Shown: in pieces, positions 15,001 to 27,789 of the stretch
Numbering within the stretch: position 1 is the first letter of the stretch
How the letters are laid out: every line of letters starts with the position of its first letter
Position numbers and translations under genes: made by a program
Notes under the pieces: generated by a model
Told to the model about the DNA's origin: nothing
Seen by the model: the letters and a program-made list of their open reading frames with translations, nothing else
Database searches by the model: none
Origin: Trichoplax sp. H2
Lineage: Eukaryota
DNA length: 64,000 nt
NCBI GenBank assembly: GCA_003344405.1
Contig: NOWV01000032.1
Location: 124,001 to 188,000, forward strand
Reading direction: 5' to 3'

Positions 15001-18000
15001 GTCTTCGTGCTATAAATAAGGTTCATTAAAGAAGGTAATCCTAAATTCTCTTCGAAAACTTCTTGTTGTTATTAGGTAGTAACGTCATTTCATATTCATT
15101 TCGGAATATATTTGCGACATTGGTAAATTGGCACAAAAAAATTCGGTTTAAGTCAGAAATCCTCATAACTTTAATGGTCAGGAGAAGTAGAATTTGTGTA
15201 ATTCAGTAATCAAAATCGCGCATAAGTATTCCATCTGCTTTGTAATATTTCTTTGACAGTGAATGAAAAGCATAAAAAGGAGTCTAAATTTGTTTCATTT
15301 TCTTGCTAATGGCGATGGCTACAACAAAAGTACCGTAATAAAGATCTCACTTTAATCTATGAATTAAAATAATTTTACAACGGTTATGGAAAGTTTTCAA
15401 TATTTATTACCGCATTTTAAATAAAATTTGAACTAACCTAAATGAAATTATCATATTAATTTCCGAATTATCGTATGACCGAATATATTAATGTAGAAAC
15501 TTTAAGACAGATGGTAAATATTAAAGTTAAAACAGGGTAGACGTATTCGATATACTGAGTTCACATTTTTGAATGCGGTAACTTAATGTCGCTTAACTCG
15601 CAATAATATCCCAAAGGGCGGTACTGTAGATACACGATGAGAAGATATAAACAGTAGAAAATAAATAGTATAACCAATGTTTGGTAGAGTATTTATGCTC
15701 TGAGAACCGCAATATTTAAGTATTACGATTATAAAAATCCAAAACGTAAAGTGTCTAATAGGCTATACAAAATACTACATACACCTATTAATTGATAATT
15801 CTGAAATTTGTGAGTTAAGAATTTTAAGTATCGAAATATCGTGTCTATCTACCTGTGGGCTAGACCACTTAACTAGAGAAGTCGCAATATTCTCAGAATA
15901 TAAGTTAAAATAAATAATCCTCGCTAAAATTTCTATTTCAATTAACTGAATAGGATGATAAGAAGTGAACTACGTTATTTCATCTAATAATTGGAAATTT
16001 TCTGATTAAAGTTAGATTGCTAATCAATTATATGAACAAGCCGATGATCGATGAAATTAATCCGAAAAGATTTTAGCTTCAGCACTCAATCGGTCTATTA
16101 CGAGTATCAGTGGTATCTAGTGACACCAGAATTCCGTACGGTACTCAAAAATGATCCCTTTTCTTATAAAATAAAAAAAATTTAAACCAATAAAGTAACA
16201 CGTATAGTCTGTTAGAAATTGGTTTAAACTTTATTGTTAACTTACTGGTAAATATCAAAGGCGTTATTTGCCTGCCCCCCTGCTGAAATATAACGATTAT
16301 CGTGTTCGTTATATTAAGTTGTAATAGTCCTTTTCTTCATTTAAAGTCACTTTATTACCATCATGAACTATTTTAATATTTACATTACTTTATAAATCAC
16401 ATGCTATTTGTGTGCTTAGTCAAAATTTTCTGAAAAGTTCTCTTATAATGGCTACGAGACATTATAGTACCAATGTAGGCATCATGACGCATCACCTGAC
16501 ACATGAAAGGGAAATTTTTAACTTAGTATGGCACCTATTTATCATTCTCCAAAACGTTTTTAACGTAATAATAACTTTCTATGTTAAGAATACGTATAGG
16601 TATGGTAATCGCACTAAAATAATGTTCTCCGTGCTTTTTAATTTACATAAAGATACAAAAATCCCAGAATAAACATATTCATACGAAAGATTGCAGATGT
16701 AGAAGAGATCGTTAAGGTATCGTGTAGCCTAGCTACGGCCTTAAGGAAACCGCGTCTAAAATACAATCAAACCGAAAGCTATTCGAAGTAGAATAATTGT
16801 AGATCATTTTAATTTTAACAGTAAATGAAAATAAACTATAGCCCAATCAAAGGCGTATTAAGAATCAGTCTATTGAATTCTAGTCAATCTGGTGCTGCCT
16901 AGCTTTGTGCATTAACAACAAATTGTATTATTCTGTGATAAACTGAACATTCCAACTATACCCATATATCTAAATGACTTCGATTTTAACACTTAAGTTT
17001 TGTTGCAAGATTATTCCATTCTAATATAATAACTCCTTAGCTATGTGGCCAATTAGGTTTGGTTCTAAAGTGGCAATTTTAAACCTACTTTACTATATTT
17101 CTGTCTACTTACAAGTAATAACAGAAAATCAGCATTAAGCGATTGCAATAAAACTAAAAATAAACTAGCACAGTATAAAAGCGGTCTTACGATCTAGGTA
17201 GGGACTTTATGCAAACGGCTTACAATATTATATCTGTATTTCGATCAAGTAGTGAGAATAATGGATTACTTCCGATGCTATGATAACCCTAACTTTAATA
17301 TTCGCATTTAGACCAGTGAAACCATAAAAAGACTGTAGGATATCCCTTTCGCTTAATTTAAGAAAGGAAGTTGTTTAATGCCAAAGAAGCGACATTACAT
17401 TACAAAATCTAAACAACGTAAGTGTATATTTTAATGAAACTGTATATTCACACCAAAATCTAATGGTCTGTTCGTAAACATAATCTTAATTTAGCTCACG
17501 AAGTATTGAAATATGAGTGAGCACCCTAAAAATTAAAAGAGAATCGATAAAATAGAATAGTGCTAGATGAAATCAGTGATAATATCAAAGTCTTCTTCTA
17601 TTATGTTTAATTATTACTTATACGTCACGGAAATGCGATAGAAAATCTAATTCCAGATACACATGCAGAAAAATTTACTAGTTATTATTATTACATCAAG
17701 TAATATCAAAGCGATTGTAAAACAATGTCTGTAATCCTTAAAAAACAGATTAGAGTAATCGGATAATCCTATATTGCAATAGTATGAACATGTTTAAATT
17801 TGAAAGAACTAACAAGAACTAGCGTGTACTGTATTATAATCTAATTTATGAATTGCTCATATACTGAAATTTTTTATGACTGGAACTGTGCTGTACTTCT
17901 TTCAATCAATATAAATTGCACATCGTGATAAATATAGGATTCTACTAAAAATTCTAGCGAGTATCTTTTATATATTACTCCGAATTAACTACTTTTACAA

Positions 18001-21000
18001 ATTAATCTTATATCATTCTATTCACCTTATTTAATTATGTATGATATCATAAGCAAATGTAGTTATTTGCAAGATCTGAACATCAATTTAAACATTATCT
18101 TATTTTGGGAATTGGCCATATCATAATCATTTAAAGAAATAAGCCAATCCTTCAATCCGCAAAACAGATTGAGTAAATCAAATTAAATCCTATATTACAT
18201 TATTATAGTAGGATGATTTTCAGCAACCACGACGCAATATTGGCTCAAGGATCAGTCAACAGTTCATTTGAACGGACAATTTACTAGTATTGTTGATATG
18301 TGTTTAGTAGATATCATAAGTATCGCTACTATTTACATACGATAGTTCAGAAATCAAGAATATATCGCATACATGGATTCTCTTTTACGAAATAATAATA
18401 CCTTAGTTGGACGCAATACAAATTAAGAAAAGGTAGCAATATGAAGGATAGTAATTTTAATAGTATTAATCGATTATTCTGCTCATAACATCGGTTCGAC
18501 TTCGTAGTACACAATCCAGCTTCTTTACTGAACTGTAAACTAATTCCATGAATCGATAATATTATAAAGATTGAAGTATTTTCAGAAGGGAATAAGCTGA
18601 AAGTAATAATAAAGTATCGCCTTTTCCCTCGTATTCATATTTTTTAAGTCTTTAATATCATCTTAAATTCGTGAAACGAACGTAAGACTCAATAAGGGAA
18701 ACTCTTACTGTGAAAACGATACCACCCCAATACAAAGCTGACTCAAATGGCGATTGATTTAGAATTAAAAGTATAAATTAAAACTTTTCACTGCCAGTAA
18801 CCAATAGACAAAGTGTATGAGTATCCGCAGTTGCGATATTTGCAGGTATTAGTACTTTTGTTACTTTCCTTGTACTTTCTTAGAACTAGTTTGGTATGGC
18901 TTAATTTTAACCTGCACTTTTTTTACGACTAGAGTTCATATTAAAAGAAAATTCTAATTATTTAAACTTCCTTTTTCGGTAATTATATGGATGAGAATCA
19001 AAATAAAGTTTAACGGGAAAGAATAAAAAGTTATTGGTTGAAAAGCTAGCAAAATTTTCAATTCGAGACGTAAACGACAATATCCAACAGTAAGGATCGA
19101 TTCTTAAGCTAAATATGTACGTATCTCGAAGCTCTGCTAGAAAGTCATATTGTGTCAGAATGTTAAAACGTAGCTGTAATTCTTCGAAGACAGTCGAAAA
19201 ATATGGGATTCTGAGTACTCTATACGTCTCACTGACTTTCTCAATTAGATTCAACTGTGTCTAACAGACATTGCAAGTAGCTAGATATGCAGAGAAATAA
19301 TTTGCATAGAAAAGTACGTTATCACATAGAGCTAGATTCTATTCCTAAACTTTTATGATAGCGTAACATACTTCCATACATATATTATCTATATCTAACA
19401 ATTTTTTTCTAAATCAAACTACATTTTGATTGTATAAAAGAAATAATTCAATCTAGAAGCGATACACTATGATCGCTCTTTCTCGTTATTAGCAGCTAGC
19501 TACCCAGCTATCGTGCAACCGGCCATGCCATATTACTGACTACAATAACAGAGACTACTATTTTGGTACGCTATCCTACGCAATTCATTGCTGATTAACC
19601 CACAATTTACAAATATCACATATTTACATCGGAGGGTAAGAAAAAACTACAAGGCAATTAATACTACTTCTACAAGGTATCTTTACCGAGTTGAAGGAGT
19701 AGATGGGAGAATAAAAGAAAATTTTTTACTGTACGTGAAATTAAGTAATATCCGTTAAATCCTTTCAAATCAGTATTACCTACAGGAAGATTTATCTTTG
19801 TGATTTACGGGTGAGTATGAAACAAAATGCCTTAGAATGAGCTCAGAAGGGAAATTGGACAGAATGTGTTCCCGGTTAACATATTAACACGCTTTGCGGA
19901 TAGGTAATAATATCTTAATAGGTAATTACAGCTATTGATAGCCATGTTCAATTGCATATGTACTGAAATTGCCAAATCAAATCTAAGTTAAATCTACCCG
20001 TTTACAATCTTAGCGATGAATGCTATCACCTAACAAGGTCAACCTATGCCGTAGCTCAATGGAGTTAAATTTTTATGATGCTAAGAAGCCAAAGTTCTGT
20101 AAATTACATACACGTATAACACTCTTACCAAGAGTAAACTTATTTCCGTTGAATCGTTGTCCGGTAATGGAACATCCATAGCAAGGACGACGCAATTTGC
20201 CACTATTGTTAATATAACTAAATATTCGAAAGGAGTATATCTGGAGTCAAGGAAACTTATTTAGAATCATAATGAAATACTAGCTAAAACCACGGCCAAT
20301 AATGCCCTTTTTAAACTATGCTATTTGATCATTGCTGATACGAAGAAAGCGAAATAACGTAGCTGTTTATGTAACTTCTACAAGTACCACTACATGTGAA
20401 AGACTGAGCATTATGTGATATCTGTAAAAATTTAATAATTGAAAATTATCATGGATCTTCATGCGCTAATAATGATTACGCAATTACTAAACTAGATAGT
20501 TATATATTAACTTATATACCTTATACAGAAACATAAAACATGATATTACGTAGTATATTGAGTAAATTACCGTACCTTCTTTAAAAATATTACAGCTAAA
20601 GTAAAATTAAATTGGGGTACTAACAAATAAAGTATTATTCTACAGTTACAGTAAATGTAGATTATATACATGTACTGTTAGAAGATTTTTTTCATATATA
20701 AAAATATCGCTTTAAATGCATTCAACTATGAGAGCACGGAGCAAGCATCAAATTATATTCCATGTATTGTAATTTTCGATACTAGAAAGATAGCACAGAA
20801 ACGTAAAGCAGAGAATGATTTGTAACTGATATAGTATAACGCGTAATTAATCTTTCGATTTTTATACGTATTATAGTGCTTGAGTATTACGGCACGCTAC
20901 ACAAGCTATCTAAATGTGTAAATTTCACTACAATGATTATATAATTGGGACCAAACAGAGTAATTTACTGAATCAAATTCGTATATTTTCATTAAAATGG

Positions 21001-21519
21001 AGTATAATCTATTAGTGAAAACTCCTATTGTAACTATTATGGTTTTAAATGTTAGAACTAGAGAAAAAGGGATTACCGACAAATCAGGTGAACAAAATCA
21101 GTTAAAATTTAATTTATAAACTGTCCTATTAATGGAGACTTGAAAGCAGATTATAACAGTCACCCGTATTTGGTGTAATTCATGTTAAAATTTTACGTTA
21201 ATACCATAGGCGAATACTCAACAATAAATCCAAGTCTATCATCTGCTAAAGAATCATTAACATTAAATGTTAGTCTATAGAAAGGATATGTCCAATCGAC
21301 CAATTTTTTGGCATATTTTCGAAGTAAATTGTTGGCCGGCAAACAACATAGCGATTTATCACGATCATATTGCCAAATTCGACGAAAATACGCTCGGATA
21401 ATTCCTTGCTGTTTATTAGCGTTATTAGCAGCAATTTTTTCGTGTACCAGGTGACGCACGGTTTCAGATAAGTTATTCGTCTTTAGTGTTACCGATGAAT
21501 TAAAACTGCTGCTCGCCAT
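1..21519 (-). CDS. Voltage-gated calcium channel alpha1 subunit, Cav2 (N/P/Q/R-type) family; more than 30 exons; C-terminal part continues beyond the left edge of the window
   Basis: ATG at 21519 (MASSSF...[14 protein letters not shown]). Spliced exons give DI S4 [18 protein letters not shown] (~14096-14201). Pore loops are [10 protein letters not shown] (DI), LSGEDWN (DII), MSTAEGWP (DIII) and CSTGENWP (DIV), i.e. an EEEE filter. AID-region exon [38 protein letters not shown] at ~11857-11973. DIV S4 [33 protein letters not shown] at ~2458-2574; GYTIRxLLWTF is the Cav2-type form. EF-hand region [31 protein letters not shown] at ~701-828. Last exon identified is ~510-606. Confidence 0.95.
4160..4384 (-). 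other. GC-AG intron after the domain III pore loop of Cav2
   Basis: Donor ...GAA GGT TGG CCA AG|GCAAGTG and acceptor TTTTCAG|G ATA TTA TAT TGG give [12 protein letters not shown] in frame. No in-frame GT donor is present at this position. Confidence 0.85.
8245..8427 (-). other. U12-like GT-AG intron in Cav2 domain II S6
   Basis: Donor GTATCCAG, CCCTTAAC branch-like motif at ~8285-8292, acceptor CTACAG. Joins [16 protein letters not shown]. Confidence 0.6.
20235..21289 (-). other. Minor-spliceosome (U12) AT-AC intron 1 of the Cav2 gene
   Basis: On the minus strand the 5' end is ATATCCTTT (21289-21281), the branch site is TTTCCTTGAC (20255-20246) and the 3' end is ...ATATAC (20235). Splicing joins TGG AC|T CCT TTC GAA TAT = W-T-P-F-E-Y, the conserved start of IS1. 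Confidence 0.93.
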
Positions 21520-22964
21520 ATTAGAGACGATTGAAGATGATCGTCAAATTGACTAGTGAAACATGGATCACTTAATTCAGTGGTAAAAAAATTAGCCAGC
21601 CCTCAACTACCAGCTTTTTACTTATTTCAATGTAGCTATAATTGTTCAAACCACGATTTCTATCTAAATTATTTCAATTTATGATGTTTCGATCGCCAGA
21701 TGAGTGTTATCGACGATACAGAAGTTAATCGCAATATCTAGGATCAAATTACGAATAGGTCTTGAATGAACAGCATCAACAAAATTACATTTCATCATTT
21801 ACTATTAGGGTCATTCTTGTTTTGCCACAAATTACTGATGCTACTAAAGCCATTATTCTATAATGCCAATCTTGCAAGCCATTGGACTTTTTTCATAGCA
21901 TTTCCATCTAACTTGATTGACATGAAATACTCTTGATGTTATAAGCAGAATCGAATCTTTATATGGTTAAGGTCTCTATATCCTCCTGTTTTTCTTCAAT
22001 GAAAATTAAAGATGGAATTTTAAATTAAAATGTTCAAATTGACACTAAGTTAATACTAATGCCGTTGTTCCACCAAGTCAGCAAAGTATAGAATGCGAAA
22101 GTTGACGTAAAATGAGAAGCCAGAGAAAGATCGTAGTATGTCGTCAATGAAGAAGACAAAGTTGATAGATACTAACAGTTAGTATGCCCACGAATGATTA
22201 TGATAGTAACAAAAATTGTATAAAATCCTCTATTCTTCCTTCAATTTTTATCGACAGCTTGACAATAGATGATTATAATTACTTATTTGGTCTTGTATTT
22301 TTTTTTACTCCTTGCATACTGGTATTGGCAATATTCCTATAAAAAATTGATCATTGTATACGATACGCTTACGCTGCATATCTTTTATTAATATATTTAA
22401 CCAAGTATGCCATTGGTTGGTTCATTTTATCTAATTTATAAATTATACATGCATAGCACGCTATATAACTGTAAAATTGAATGCATACGTAAGGATATCA
22501 AAGCATTGTTTTCAATCTCATTTTTTATTTTATTGTTGTCGTTATTATCGTTGATTTTAATTTCTATGTTCCTTAGCTTTCACTATGCACATCGATTGGG
22601 ACAATAAAAAGGATCAATTAGTGGAAAGTATCGCCTGATCTACGTCGAATTCTCAAGCACTAATAATATCATTAAAGGACCTGTATCAAAGCGAGAGGCC
22701 GGGAGAAAGAGGGATAGAACTAGACAAACGACTGCAGACTCCAATTTAGGTATATTGAATCAATGTCTTAATGAAACACCTGTCCTTTAACGAAGTCGAT
22801 TTTAGTAGGACAAATAAGCAAAACAAATTGAAATTGAAATGACAATAACAACCTTGGCAACAAAAGAAAATGTTGTCTAGCCTCAAGTCAAATAGTTGAT
22901 GGAATACCATCCCAAGTATCCCTACAGTCGTGCTACGGTGTTTCCAGTTTTGAGAGCACCGTTC

Positions 22965-23670
22965 TGTACGTTACTGTGCTGTACAGTACTGTACGTACAC
23001 AAGTACTGTACTGTACTGTACAGTCCTGTATGCCAAGTTATTGCCAACTACTGTACTGTACTGTACTGTACATCCCAAATTACAGGTTCCTACTGTACTG
23101 TACTGTACAGTACATGCGCAGAGCAGTGTTCATTCAGAAACCATGGCGTCCAAGAGCCAGGAAGAACTTGCAGTAAGATTTCAAGATTCTTACTGCGGTC
23201 CAGCTGTCCCGCAAAGATATGAGTCAAAACTATGTAAGGGTATTGCACGTCCAGTACACTGTATAGTACTATACTGTACAGTACGTATACAGTACAGTGT
23301 ACTGTACAGCAGTACTGTATGCCAACTACTGTACTGTACTGTACTGTACAGTACAGTACAGTACATCCCAAATTACTGGTTCTTACTGTACAGTACATGC
23401 GCAGAGCACTGTTCAGTCGGAAACCCTTGGCGTCCAAGAGCCAGGAAGAACTTGCACTAAGATTTCAAGATTTCTTACTGCGGTGCAGCTGTCCCGCAAA
23501 GATATACTGTACTGTACAGTGCATAGACAGTACTGTACAGTACAGTATATCTACAGTATGTACGGGCATTGTACAGTACTATACACTGTACAGTGTACAG
23601 TACGTAAAGATATAAGTCAAAACTATGTAAGGGTATCGTACTGTACGTCCAGTACACAGTACAGTGTATC
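22965..23670. repeat. Dense mixed-orientation TA-CTG/CAG-TA (ACAGT/TACTG) arrays interleaved with duplicated unique sequence
   Basis: Examples: tactgtactgtactgtacagtacagtacagtaca and tacactgtacagtgtacagtacg. The spurious YCTV/VLYS-rich ORFs of the track come from these arrays. Confidence 0.95.
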
Positions 23671-23773
23671 TTTGCGGGACTGCTGCGCCGCAGTAAGAAA
23701 TCTTGAAATCTTACTGCAAGTTCTTCCTGGCTCTTGGACGCCATGGTTTCTGAATAAACACTGCTCTGTGCAT
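23114..23773. repeat. ~107-bp GC-richer unit present three times: direct at 23114-23220 and 23397-23505, inverted at 23667-23773 (fold-back)
   Basis: Unit reads atgcgcagagcagtgttcattcagaaaccatggcgtccaagagccaggaagaacttgcagtaagatttcaagatt(t)cttactgcgg...tcccgcaaagata. The third copy is its reverse complement. Confidence 0.95.
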
Positions 23774-23827
23774 AATCCGTAGAAAATACGTTTCTTAACT
23801 CTAAATTCCATCTGACTCCTCTCGGAA

Positions 23828-26800
23828 ATGTCGATGAGTATCGCTACTGCAGATGAATTCTTAACGCAATACAGAGCTATTTCAGCTAAACTGAAGAAGT
23901 AATGCATGTGATAGGCTAAGTTGATTTACAAGAATGACGTCCAAAGTTGCTTTCAGTAATTACTTTTCATTAACTGCAACTTATTATGTCACCTATAGGC
24001 GTTTCATGAGGAAGCCAAATGTATCTGAGGCAGTTGAACAATTCAGTGAGTTTACAGTTCATGACTTAACCAATATGTATAAACTATGTTGTACTGGAAC
24101 TACAAAGTATACATGCGTATTTTACGCGTACAATAGAAATTTCGTTGAAAATTTCGACTTTGCTTTAAATGAAGCAAGCTAATGCTTTGTATCGATGCAA
24201 TAGATGCTCTAGCCAACGATATGAAATTACAGAACAGTTACCCTTATGCTGCTCTCTGCTACTTGGCTATTGCTCGGTAAGTATAGGAAGACACTCTTAG
24301 ACCTATCCGATATATTATCATTACCTTGATGTTTTTGCTCAAATCCAATTTAAATTTAGTAAAGAGTTTATTTAATAACTTGCAATAGATGTGAATCAAT
24401 GGCGAATTGTTTTACTGCAGAGGCTGAAGCTTTAGTCCAGGCGGGTTAGGAGAATATTTGCAAAACTATTTATTTATATACCCTATGACTGCGAAGGATT
24501 CATTATAAGTGTACTACATTGTAAGAAATTGCTACTGTACATACTAAATTTCGGTTATAATGTTTATACGTTCGACTAAGAGTAGGTAATACCGTAACTA
24601 TTAGAAATATCTCTGCGGTTTGCAGTTAAATATAATATACTGTTAGCATGGCAGCTTACAAAATAAATTGTCTATCGATACTTCTCAAAGAGATAAAAAT
24701 GTCGGCATATTGCCATCCAAGAACTTCAACAGTTTCATTGTTATCTGAATAATATTATGATAAATTACAGTATTTAAAATATAATTGAAACTGCGCGAAA
24801 GACGATAGCCTATATGCTATCCATAACATGAATGCATTATACTCGTACTTTTTCTAGTGAACTACAGTACAACTTACCCAATCTAACAATGGCAATTAAA
24901 TTTAGCATAGTTGTAGTTGCACTGTTACATATACCCTAGACATGTAGAGCGAAATAAGATACTACTTTTGCATACTAGAAATCTTACCATTAGTTTTACG
25001 TTTTCTACTTCCTCGATTATCTAAAGCTATATACTGTACACTTTCCAATAGCTGCTATTGACTCAAGATCATGTACTCACATTTTGTAATTAATCTGTGC
25101 CCTGTCATACTTTAGCCCGAAATTATTTTGAAGCCGAGATGGAGAATGCTAGAAAACAGTCTCCTACATTTTACGAGAATTGTGCTATGGCAACAAACTG
25201 CTATAATACTGCTATAAAGGTATCTTTGCAGTAGCAATTTTTGCTCTTGTACTACTTGCAGCGTGCAAGTATTGTAGATGACAACATAATAATAATGCAT
25301 TATATGTAAATTTGATTAGTCTATGTAATAATTTTAACCGTACAGATTTACTGCAAGAATGACCAAATTGCTTTGGCAGCTTTTTTATGTTTGGAGCTTG
25401 GTAAAGGTTTACAGGTGTGACAAAGTCAATTTTATGAGCGCTATCGTAAAATAACTCCCAAGAAGAATAATTTCGTTGTCAATATTATACTATATAACAG
25501 AAATTGAATAAATCAGTCGAAGCGATTGGTCACTATCAGAGAGCGGTTGAATTACAGCATCAAGTGGGTATTGTTTTACTGACCGGATTATAATTACATT
25601 ATTAGCACAAATGCTCGTATATTTATTCTCAATTTCACTCGAACATAGAATCCGCTTGATGTTCTTACTTCGATGGACTATATTGCTTCTTGTCATATTG
25701 AAACAGGTAAGCGGATAAGTTTGCAGATGTTTTAAACTTCATAAAACTCTGATTCAGAGAAATATTTCTCTATCGACTACAGGAGACTTTGACAACGCTT
25801 TAACCGTTTTGACTGAAATGTCTTATTTAGCGAAAGAAAGAGGAGGTACAACATTGTAATCAATTATAATTTTATAATCAAGGCGATAAATTGGAGGATA
25901 TTGCTACAGTATCCAGCATTAATAACTATACTATCATTAAAAGCACATTTTACTCGCGACATTTTACTGTACTTCTAATATCTGATATGTTACTGTAAGT
26001 AATATACTAATGTAGTTTAATACTGTTATGCTGTCAGTAAATGAGTTCATTTTACAATCGCTTATGGTGGTCGTATTTTGTTCTAATAAGTTAATATGTA
26101 ATGGAAAAGAGTTACATTTCTTTCGGTAAAATTTCATTCGAATTGTATTTGCCCACATTTTACTTTGACATCGCAATCACATTCTAAACCGCCAGGTAAC
26201 TTGTTTGACTGATGATGCGACGCAGTGTCACCAAGGCCCCGATATTATTTAACTTACAGTACTCGACTGTGTGTAACGCGCCGCATAGAGGGTTTAGCCG
26301 CGATCGCATACAAATGGAAAACTTTACATTCAGTGCCCTTATGCTTGCGATGCTGATTTATAAACATCTTAGCATCGTAACTTACCAGTGCTTCTTATTA
26401 GGTGGTATATTACTCCTTCCGAGAAATTGAGATTAAAGCACTTTGGCCTTCATAATTTCTTGAAATTCTAGATTTTTATAAAATAGCAATAGCCTGTGTA
26501 CTCTAAACCCGTAAATTTTCGTTCGATCATGCTTTAGTATAATGCAGATATCTCTTTTCATTGTTTTACTGTATACTATCACTGAAGCAGCACAGTAGAA
26601 TTTTAACTTTGTAAGTAGAATCTCCGAACTGAATTCTCTCATATGATTGCCTCCTTCGTGAATTCTGTAATGCGCAGTACTCTAGCATACCTTCTTTATC
26701 ACCACACGATATTTCAGATTTTTATGCTACTAATCAGTACTTATAATATGTTCGTATAGAATAGTCTTAGATCGCATGAGCATTGTCGTTTTTTTTCAAT

Positions 26801-27789
26801 ATGAACCATCCTTAGATTCATAGGGATGGGAATAGATAACTTATTGTAAATGTTTATAGATTACATAATTTAATTCCTGGCTAAAAGCCATAATTACTAC
26901 ATCTATTCTGATAGGTATCAAGCGTGGTACTGTTTCTCAAATACCGGGTAAAGAAAACGATGAAATGACAGTATTAAGAGCTTATTGACATTTGCTATCT
27001 TATTACCTTGTTGATACTTTTATAACTTAAGAAAAGATTATATTTTTCAATCATTATCATGTAAAGGTGCGTATAAAGACATCTTGGCCAGATGCGAAGT
27101 TTCTAGAGTTCTTATCTTGTTGTTGCTACAGGTATGTGCTATATCTATGAACATATTTGGTGTGACAGGTATAATGACAGTTGTGTATTAATGCTACTAT
27201 AATTTCTCTAGCCCACTCCACAAAGAATTCGGCCTGAACATGCTAATGTTCTAGAAAGATATTCGTGGGAATCTAGTGATGAGTCCTTACAAGGTATTGC
27301 TCCACGTTAACCTGATCTGAAGAGCTTATTCTTAGTGATCGTAAAAGGATAGCCCAGTCAGCGAATCTAAACATTCAATTTCTTTGATTGTAAACATTAT
27401 AGTCCCGTATTTAAAAGAGGATTTATTCTTACTACTTCAGTCACTGGTGGTATGTAATATATCTGTAACATACATAATATTAAGTGCATAGGATGTGATA
27501 GACTTTGCTGTATTAGGTGTGAATTGCATAGTTGTGATTTTTACTCTACCGATAATTTCATATGCGTATATTTTACTTCTAAAGATGGCATACCAAGCTA
27601 ATGATATTTTGGCTGTCCGAGAACTACAGAAGGATCTCAGGTACAAGCATTTCTATATCGGCATTTTTAGGGCCTTTTGTTGATTAACTCTTAATTTCTT
27701 ACAACTTTAGTGCTTTACTGACTGATGAACAAACGCATTTACTACACCTAATTATTATGGAAATATCCAATTCTAAATATGATATTTAA
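23828..27789 (+). CDS. F8A1: 40-kDa huntingtin-associated protein (HAP40 / F8A) orthologue, 15 exons, ~321 aa
   Basis: Exons: 23828-23898, 23999-24045, 24204-24276, 24389-24444, 25116-25219, 25346-25414, 25501-25563, 25649-25706, 25783-25845, 26915-26947, 27067-27131, 27212-27293, 27403-27449, 27585-27640, 27711-27789. All are GT-AG and phase-compatible, 966 nt in total. The translation includes EFLTQYRAISAKLKKRFMRKPNVSEAVEQF, YPYAALCYLAIARC, GHYQRAVELQ, DILARCEVSRVLILLLLQP, PEHANVLERYSWE, LFLLLQSLVMA and LLTDEQTHLLHL, each matching recalled human HAP40 motifs (e.g. KLKKRFLRKPNVAEA, RCEVSRVLLLLLLQP). Exon 10 is the least certain. Confidence 0.93.

Noticed and set aside
18958..19254. 98-aa ORF inside the large Cav2 intron
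   Set aside because: Non-ATG start, no recognisable motif and no partner exons identified.
22965..23773. CRISPR-like repeat/spacer appearance
   Set aside because: Eukaryotic context, no constant-length repeat or spacer, and no cas genes.
22896..23782. Overlapping ORFs rich in YCTV/VLYS
   Set aside because: They are translations of the stop-poor TACTG/CAGTA arrays in several frames, not proteins.
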